DNA from: Patescibacteria group bacterium
Lineage (GTDB): Bacteria > Patescibacteriota > Minisyncoccia > Moranbacterales > JAKLHP01
NCBI GenBank assembly: GCA_043803385.1
Contig: JAZDKA010000041.1
Location: forward strand, 19,799 to 83,798
DNA: 64,000 nt
Reading direction: 5' to 3'
Positions 57,401-64,000 of this stretch are shown piece by piece (position 1 is the stretch's first letter; the number at the start of each line of letters is the position of its first letter). The notes under the pieces were generated by a model that was given only the letters and a program-made list of their open reading frames with translations, ran no database searches and was not told the DNA's origin. A program made the translations under genes and the position numbers.

Positions 57401-57425
57401 GGTGTAAACTTATGCTTTTGTAGTG

Positions 57426-58988
57426 CTACTTTATGCTGTTACCGGTGAGTATCGTGAATATCTTCCGGTATCTATACGCCGTTTGTTCTGACACAAATGT
57501 GGGCAACTCCGGTCCTGGATAGGTTTTATCCCAGCTTAGAGTTTCGAGGTAGTCGCGGACAGGTTGCTTGTCAAGGCTATCCTGTCCTCTTCCCACTTCG
57601 TATTTTTCCATAGACCAGAACCGGGATGAATCGGGCGTAAGCATTTCATCTATGACTATGATCTCATTATTGAGCATTCCGAACTCAAGCTTTGTGTCGG
57701 CGACGATAATTCCCCTTTCCTCGGCAAACTTCGAAGCCTCGATGTATATCTTTAAGCTCAATTCCCTTATCCTTCGCGATGTCTCGGGACATATAAGCTC
57801 GCAGAGTTCAGAAAAGGTTTTGCTTTCATCATGACCTTCTTCTACTTTCGTCGTAGGAGTAAAAATCGGCTTCGAAAGCTTTTGGGATTCTTGCAATCCT
57901 GCGGGTAATTGTATTCCGCATATCATTCCAGTCTCCTGGTAGTCCTTCCATCCGGAGCCCGCCAAATATCCACGCACGACACATTCGGCGAGAATAGGCT
58001 TTGCTTTCCATACCAGCATACTACGACCTCTTAATATATCTCGATATGAATCGCAAATCTCAGGATATTTAAAAACATCCATGGAGATAAGGTGACTGCG
58101 GATGAGATCCCTGAAAAACCAGAACCAGAAGCCCGACAACTGATTCAGGACTTTCCCTTTACTCACAATTCCTGTCGGCAATACGACATCAAATGCCGAC
58201 AGGCGATCGGTGACAACTATAAGTAACTTGTCACCGAGGTCGTAAACATCCCGCACCTTTCCTCTTTTGGGAATCCCGATATCTGTGAAATTCGTTTCTC
58301 TTAATATCTCTTCTTGTATCATATCACGCCTCCTCGCGTTTTGTTGTACATATCTGTTTTCGAGAAAGTTCGTTAGTCCTTTCTTCCTGGCTATTTCAAT
58401 GGCCATTGCCAGTGCGTCCGGAAACTTCAAGCGCATTTGGGGCTTGATTGGTTTAAGTTCAATTACCGGAAGATCTTCTTCTCTATCGTTTACAGCGTGT
58501 ATGCATGCCCGAAGAAAACCCTCAGCACCAACGTAATCCCTGAAAATAACTCTGGTTCCGGGAACGTGAATTATGCTACTGATTGCCGCTTTCGTCTTTT
58601 CAGGATCCTCATCCTCAAAAGCCACTGCATAAACTCTGATATGTGAATCTTGCAGGACGTTCCGAAGAAATGCATCATCACAGCCCGAAAGATGATTCGC
58701 CCAACCTGCGCCGACGATGAGTCTGTCAACATTAGGCACAGAAGGACGATTCTGATTTCCATTGCCGCGACCAAAAATCCTGCCACAATAGCTTCTTAGG
58801 CGATGCTGCACAGCAAGTGTATGTCTATGCTGGCTGTTTATATCGAACCACCTAAGGGATATGGAGCCTTCCATTTCTTTACTGGTTAGATAATCCAGAC
58901 CCCAAATGCATTGCGGCAAATCAGAGTCCGAACCTGTCGCCGCACCGATCCGTAATTTTTGAGGTGCTAATTGCAAGTTTGTCGCCAT
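57426..58988 (-). CDS. purC: Fusion: N-terminal PurE-like domain + C-terminal SAICAR synthetase
   Basis: GSDSDLP, SQHRH, GAGWANHLSG; then RGKVRDVY, TDRLSAFD, ECVVRGYLAGSG, DTKLEFG, DE.LTPDSSRFW. Confidence 0.9.
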   Translation of the reverse strand: MATNLQLAPQKLRIGAATGSDSDLPQCIWGLDYLTSKEMEGSISLRWFDINSQHRHTLAVQHRLRSYCGRIFGRGNGNQNRPSVPNVDRLIVGAGWANHLSGCDDAFLRNVLQDSHIRVYAVAFEDEDPEKTKAAISSIIHVPGTRVIFRDYVGAEGFLRACIHAVNDREEDLPVIELKPIKPQMRLKFPDALAMAIEIARKKGLTNFLENRYVQQNARRRDMIQEEILRETNFTDIGIPKRGKVRDVYDLGDKLLIVVTDRLSAFDVVLPTGIVSKGKVLNQLSGFWFWFFRDLIRSHLISMDVFKYPEICDSYRDILRGRSMLVWKAKPILAECVVRGYLAGSGWKDYQETGMICGIQLPAGLQESQKLSKPIFTPTTKVEEGHDESKTFSELCELICPETSRRIRELSLKIYIEASKFAEERGIIVADTKLEFGMLNNEIIVIDEMLTPDSSRFWSMEKYEVGRGQDSLDKQPVRDYLETLSWDKTYPGPELPTFVSEQTAYRYRKIFTILTGNSIK

Positions 58989-59036
58989 GATCTCTCCTCT
59001 TCCTTTTATAGTTTATTTTCGGCTTCGCGCCGAGTT

Positions 59037-60368
59037 TTATGCGACCTTGTTAAATCTTTCGAATATTTCGTCCACATACTTCAGATTCATCTCCGGATTA
59101 AAACATTCTTCGATTTCTGTGGTTGACAGCAGATTGGAGATTTCAGGGTGACTTTTGACCAGATCGCGGAAACTTTCGTCCTTAGCATTAACAAAGATTC
59201 CGCGCTGGACTGATTTTGCCAGTCCCTCCAGCAGATCATAAGCTATATCCCTGGGCATTGCCTTTTTGGTAAGAGCGATCATAAGTTGCTGGGCAAAAAC
59301 AATGCCGCCGGTTTTCCAAAGATTTCTATTCATTTGTTCAGGAAAGACCTCTAGTTTTTCCATAACAGTTGAAAAACGATCAAGCATGAAATCCAGCAGA
59401 GTTGTAGAATCCGGAATAAAGATTCTTTCCAGAGCGGAATTATCCAAAGATCTTTCGCACCAGAGATTTTCATCCTCGTTTGCCATAACGAGATAACCTC
59501 TCATTGCTTTAGCTAGTCCGCAAGTATTCTCGCTCTTAATGGGATTACGGAGAAAACTTTTTCCAGGCATGGCTGAAGAACCCTTAGCTGTATCCTTTTT
59601 ATATTCGGCAACTTCGCTTAAATCCGTTCCAGCCAAATGTCTTATTTCTGTGGCGAATCTATCCAACGAATTGGAAACACCGACCAGGCAGCTTATATAT
59701 CTGACCAGTAGATCGCGGCTTATAACTTGGTTGGAAATTTTGGCTGGTTTCAATCCGAGGAGTTTGCAAGCAATCCTTTCAATCTCGGGATTTAATGAAT
59801 ATTTTCCTACGGCTCCGGAAATCTTGCCAACTCTGATTTCTTCTCTGGCTGATCGCATTCTAGCCAGATGACGGTCCAATACATCAACCCAGTTGATTAG
59901 CTTTAAACCGAAGGTGATTGGCTCGGCATGGATAAAATGTGTCCGGCCTATCATAATTGTGTGCTTGTGCTCAAGTGCTCGGTGAAATACGACGGTCCGG
60001 AGTCTTTTGACTTGTTCGATCAGTATATCCATAGCCTCGACTAGAAGCATGGCCAATGCCGTGTCTTCAATGTCAAAAGAAGTAACTCCAGTGTGGTAAT
60101 AGATTTTGGTCGATTCATCCAGCAGTTCGGAAACTGCAAGTATAAAGGCGATCATGTCGTGGTCGCCCAATGCCTCGAGTTCATCTGCTCGCTGTAAGAT
60201 TTCCGAAGTGATGACTATTCTTTGTGCGTTTTTATAAACTATCGCGGGTATATTTTCACGCCGTGTCCTAGCCATGAGAATAGCAACCTCAACATTATGC
60301 CAGTAAGTTTTCTTTTTTAACTCTTCCCAAAGTTCCCCCATCGGTTTTCTAGTGTATCTTTCAATCAT
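59037..60368 (-). CDS. purB: Adenylosuccinate lyase
   Basis: MIERY, H.G.TS.D, GRTH..HAEPITFG, ISGAVG, GSSAMP.K...RNP..SE. Confidence 0.93.
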   Translation of the reverse strand: MIERYTRKPMGELWEELKKKTYWHNVEVAILMARTRRENIPAIVYKNAQRIVITSEILQRADELEALGDHDMIAFILAVSELLDESTKIYYHTGVTSFDIEDTALAMLLVEAMDILIEQVKRLRTVVFHRALEHKHTIMIGRTHFIHAEPITFGLKLINWVDVLDRHLARMRSAREEIRVGKISGAVGKYSLNPEIERIACKLLGLKPAKISNQVISRDLLVRYISCLVGVSNSLDRFATEIRHLAGTDLSEVAEYKKDTAKGSSAMPGKSFLRNPIKSENTCGLAKAMRGYLVMANEDENLWCERSLDNSALERIFIPDSTTLLDFMLDRFSTVMEKLEVFPEQMNRNLWKTGGIVFAQQLMIALTKKAMPRDIAYDLLEGLAKSVQRGIFVNAKDESFRDLVKSHPEISNLLSTTEIEECFNPEMNLKYVDEIFERFNKVA

Positions 60369-60529
60369 AATAACCTCCTTATGTCCTTAAGATTAAAGGC
60401 CGAAAAGCCTTTTTGAAACAAATCTATATTGTCAAAGGACCAAAAAACCAAGCAAAAACTTGGTCCTCCTCGATAATTTAAAGATAGCAAATGTTGATAA
60501 AAAAGCAAGGAATTTTTATAGCTGTATCG

Positions 60530-60565
60530 TATAACATATTCCGTCGGTTGACGGAATATGTTATA
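60530..60565. repeat. Perfect 16-bp-stem hairpin TATAAC...GTTATA
   Basis: TATAACATATTCCGTC-GGTT-GACGGAATATGTTATA; decayed copy at 2432-2466. Confidence 0.75.
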
Positions 60566-60650
60566 AAAAAATCTTTACTTATTGCTAATCGGCATTAAAT
60601 GAAGAATAAAATATTTAGATAATTTTGATTTTTGCACTTTGCATTTTCTA

Positions 60651-62294
60651 TTACATTCCGTCCGTTTCCTCGGTGATTTCAGAGATCGGCTCCTTAACTC
60701 TGAAAAGTTTTCTGGAAATTGAGTTTTTGAAGTGGAAAAATTCTTCGACTTTAAAAACCCAGCTCATAAAAAGAAATACGATAATTCCCATTCCTCCGGA
60801 AATGACAAGTTGTGAAAAAATTCCGATAAAGGTGTCGATGTTGGCAACTCTATTTATCGCGTATTTTAGCATCTGGGTAATAAATCCGGCAATAATCGCA
60901 GCCAAAAGTATTCTCGAGATTGAATTCAAGATATGTTTTTCATCCAAATTACCTATCTTTTTTCGAAGTATCGCAAAAAGGAGCGCCATATTAATTATGC
61001 TGGCTGCTGAAAAAGCAATTGCCAGTCCTGATACGGCGTAATTCTTTATTAAGATTATCACTAAAATAATATTTACCGCTTCGCTGGCGAGCGCTACATA
61101 AAAAGGAGTTTTGGTATTATGAATAGCATAAAAAGCTCTGGCCAGAAGCGGGATGAGGCACTGGGCAAACAAGCTCGCGGTGAGGAATCCCAAAGTTTCA
61201 AAAGTAAGTACTGTATCTTCCCAATTAAATTGTCCTGCTCCCAAAATAACACGCACAAGCTGGGCTCTTAGCAACAGCATCAGGATGCTTAATGGAATAA
61301 TAAAAAACAATATCCTTCGAAAAACTTTGGAAAAATTTTGTATGAATTCATCATTCATTCCTTTTGCATAAGCGGCGCTTAGGGTCGGAAAAACCGCTAC
61401 GGCAAAAGAAACTCCAAAAAGGCCCAGCGGGAAGCTCTGGATATTATTGGCAAAATTAAAAATCGCCAGGCTTCCTGAAGCCAAAGTGGAAGCAAAAATA
61501 GTTATCACCAGAAAATTTACCTGGCTTACCGCGATTCCCATCGTCCTGGGAATCATTAATCGCGCTATTCTTCTGATATTTTCATTTCTGAAAACTCCGA
61601 AGAGAACGGGCTTGAATTTAAAACCGGAGAATTTGACTGCCGGATACTGGATAAGCATATGCATAAAAGCTCCGAGAACTACTCCGACAGCCAGTCCTGC
61701 GGGTCCCATAAGCTTTACAAAAAACAGAGCCCCGATAATTATTCCGACATTATACATTATCGGCGCGATGGAATAGATGAGAAAATTTTTGAGTGAAACT
61801 AAAACCCCGCCAAAAATAGCGCTGATTCCCAAAAATACGGGACTTAGAAACATTATCCGCGTAAGCGTTATTGCCAAATCTATTTTTTCCCCTGAAAATC
61901 CGGGAGTAATAAGGTGCATAATAAAAGGAGCAAATATCGCCAAGATTCCCGCTACGATAATCAAAGCAAGAATGATAATATTCATCATTCCGGAAACTAG
62001 CTCCCATGCCTCATCTTTTTTTTCATTAGAAACAAGACTAGTAAAAACAGGAATAAAAGCGGCGCTTAAAGCCCCGAGGATTAATAAGTTATATAATAGA
62101 TCCGGAATTCTGAATGCGGCATAATAAGCATCAAGAGTATCTCCGGCTCCAAACTGGGAAGCTAAAATTCTGTCTCGGAATAATCCCAAGAATCGGCTGG
62201 CAAAACCAGAAACGGCAATAATAAAAGCCGCAGCGGTAATTGACTCCGTGGGTTTGCCGTTGAATATTTTGTTATTAGTTAGTTTTTGTATCAT
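60651..62294 (-). CDS. murJ: Lipid II flippase
   Basis: SRFLGLFRD, DAYYAAFRIPD, GALSAAFIPV, FYA..NTKTP. Confidence 0.96.
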   Translation of the reverse strand: MIQKLTNNKIFNGKPTESITAAAFIIAVSGFASRFLGLFRDRILASQFGAGDTLDAYYAAFRIPDLLYNLLILGALSAAFIPVFTSLVSNEKKDEAWELVSGMMNIIILALIIVAGILAIFAPFIMHLITPGFSGEKIDLAITLTRIMFLSPVFLGISAIFGGVLVSLKNFLIYSIAPIMYNVGIIIGALFFVKLMGPAGLAVGVVLGAFMHMLIQYPAVKFSGFKFKPVLFGVFRNENIRRIARLMIPRTMGIAVSQVNFLVITIFASTLASGSLAIFNFANNIQSFPLGLFGVSFAVAVFPTLSAAYAKGMNDEFIQNFSKVFRRILFFIIPLSILMLLLRAQLVRVILGAGQFNWEDTVLTFETLGFLTASLFAQCLIPLLARAFYAIHNTKTPFYVALASEAVNIILVIILIKNYAVSGLAIAFSAASIINMALLFAILRKKIGNLDEKHILNSISRILLAAIIAGFITQMLKYAINRVANIDTFIGIFSQLVISGGMGIIVFLFMSWVFKVEEFFHFKNSISRKLFRVKEPISEITEETDGM

Positions 62295-62338
62295 CTCTAC
62301 GAATTACGAATCTGTACAAATATACGAATGTACGAATT

Positions 62339-64000
62339 TTAGTTGTTTATTATCACATTACTTTTCGTAAAAACCAATCCAATAAATCTGTCTACATCTA
62401 ACTTTGTCTCTAGTCTCAAACTGCTATCTCCTTTCTCAATATTATTTTCCGGATAATTCCAGATATCTTTATAATTTTTTGGAAATTTTATGTCCGAGAT
62501 AAAATTGCTTCCAATACTTCCTGACTGTTTTTGAACAAGCAAAGAATAAGAATCAGCTTCAGTTTTTTCGCTGTTCAAATTTATTTTGAAAGGAAGGAGA
62601 TATTTATACCTTAAAACCATTGTTTCTTTAGGACTCACATAGGTCCAGTTGGCAAAAACTGTTTTTCCCGAATCTTCATAAATTCTTGTTCCTGAATTTT
62701 CATCAATTAGCACATTTCCTTCTTCTTTTTGCACCAGGGGATCTTTTTTGAATCCCAGGCTATCATAATCAAGCGGAGGATTGACTGTCTCTCTGGTTTG
62801 CCCTTCTGCTTCAAGGAGTTTTGCGCCAAGCGGCACATAAACTCTCATATAATCAGCGTTCACCTTATTCCACCATTCATAATCAGTGTCGCCTCCATTA
62901 TGATGCCGTGTAATCGTTACTGTGTCAATGATTGTTCCGTCGTTTTGAATCTCCGCTATGTGTTCTATTTTTTCATCTATCACCCCGTCAGTTTTAAAAC
63001 CGTTAATGTTAGTATTTATTACGCTCAAATAATCTTTTTGCGTGTCTAAAATTTCTCCCGACCATCCTTTTTCTGAAATTATTTTTTGGAGATCTTCGTT
63101 TTGGGAATAAAAAAGGACGTGCTTTTGTGCTAGCCCTTCAGAAAAAGCCTCAAAAATGCCTGCTATGCTTTTTGCATCGCGGGCGTTGAAAATTCTGTCC
63201 AAAATAATTGGAGCAAGGTCTGATAATATTTTTTTCGGCTTATTCTCTTCTTTGTCATAATCAACTTCTACTTCGTACTGCGTTTTTTCAATGAAATTTT
63301 CGGAATCGATGGTAACATCATAATCTTTCATTTCGATTGGTCCGGTTATTTTTAGAAGTTCCTGCATTATTGTCGGAGTGAGGGTTATTACTCCGTCTGC
63401 TGTTGGTCCGCCTGTTTTTTCGTAAAAATCCATTGCCTTTTTAGCTGAAGTTGGGAAGTCGGGAAACCAGTTGCTGTCATGAAGGCTCCAAGCCGCGCTG
63501 ATTTTTTGGATTGGTTTTGGAGGAACTATTTTTTCCTGGAGCTGCCCATCGGGATTAAAAATTCCGTCAATGAAAAAATTACGGATTCTTCCTTCCGAAA
63601 TATCCATAATCCCGTAGCTTCCGATAAATCCTCCGGTAGCTCTCATTTCCTGATTGTTCTGAAAGAGAAAAAGATATTTTCTCGGCCCGTTTCCTCCCAG
63701 AAGATCGGAAAATATTTCGCTATTGCCCAGAAAATTTTTGACAAACTGCCTGATCGAGGGCAGTTTTTCTTTTATAGCTGAAAATTGTTCGCGCTTGTCT
63801 TCAGGAAGGTCGTCAACATTTATTTTATCGATATTTTCTTGGATCTGGTCTAATTCCGCACTCACTATTTTAATGTCTTTTTCCGAGGACTTGAAAATTT
63901 CAAGGAAAGAAATATTATTGTTGCCTTTTTCGCCGAGCGGATTTTGAAGATAACTCACTTTTTTTATTATTTCATTCAGCGATTGTCCAGCAATAGCAAT
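62339..64000 (-). CDS. DUF4012-domain protein (5' end outside window)
   Basis: YL.LFQNN.EMRATGGFIGSY, DSNW.PDFPTSA, RVYVP.G, QKQSG. Confidence 0.88.
   Translation of the reverse strand: MAIAGQSLNEIIKKVSYLQNPLGEKGNNNISFLEIFKSSEKDIKIVSAELDQIQENIDKINVDDLPEDKREQFSAIKEKLPSIRQFVKNFLGNSEIFSDLLGGNGPRKYLFLFQNNQEMRATGGFIGSYGIMDISEGRIRNFFIDGIFNPDGQLQEKIVPPKPIQKISAAWSLHDSNWFPDFPTSAKKAMDFYEKTGGPTADGVITLTPTIMQELLKITGPIEMKDYDVTIDSENFIEKTQYEVEVDYDKEENKPKKILSDLAPIILDRIFNARDAKSIAGIFEAFSEGLAQKHVLFYSQNEDLQKIISEKGWSGEILDTQKDYLSVINTNINGFKTDGVIDEKIEHIAEIQNDGTIIDTVTITRHHNGGDTDYEWWNKVNADYMRVYVPLGAKLLEAEGQTRETVNPPLDYDSLGFKKDPLVQKEEGNVLIDENSGTRIYEDSGKTVFANWTYVSPKETMVLRYKYLLPFKINLNSEKTEADSYSLLVQKQSGSIGSNFISDIKFPKNYKDIWNYPENNIEKGDSSLRLETKLDVDRFIGLVFTKSNVIINN

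Noticed and set aside
60369-60520. Purine, ZTP or PRPP riboswitch upstream of purB
   Set aside because: Only simple hairpins; I could not find the conserved aptamer nucleotides by eye. An Rfam scan would settle it.
1-64000. Alternative genetic code (TGA recoding), prophage, tRNA/rRNA genes
   Set aside because: Conserved genes translate full length under code 11 and several end in TGA; no phage hallmark genes or tRNA/rRNA signatures seen.

Overview
AT-rich bacterial chromosome segment. Gene content (DUF4012, DUF5671-like protein, lone groES, streamlined core genes, mostly no Shine-Dalgarno sequence) suggests a Patescibacteria/CPR (Parcubacteria-like) genome; this taxonomy is inferred. Core blocks: secA 3' end, murI, mreBCD-pbp2, groES with a CIRCE box, fmt-def-priA, gltX, Rrf2-iscS-iscU, pyrH, rpmA, pyrG, rplI, a dTDP-rhamnose/galU cluster, sortase plus LPXTG protein, two HtrA paralogues, prsA, ftsB-like, lepA, murJ. 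I found no rRNA, tRNA, CRISPR array, integrase or transposase. The main unexplained signal is a set of short palindromic elements with termini CCC-R-CAC-Y-AA...TT-R-GTG-Y-GGG, in three subfamilies. (B) Five ~150-175 nt multi-stem elements with compensatory base changes, each ending in a hairpin that pairs with or abuts the start codon of the downstream gene. (A) Five ~60-110 bp MITE-like copies lying in or overlapping protein-coding genes and translated as peptide inserts. (A') Two copies at island borders directly against a -35 box. Also present: 7-nt repeat arrays translated inside PriA, IscS and WecB; a duplicated 127-bp triple hairpin; minus-strand accessory islets that carry strong SD sequences; and a PurE-PurC fusion next to purB.
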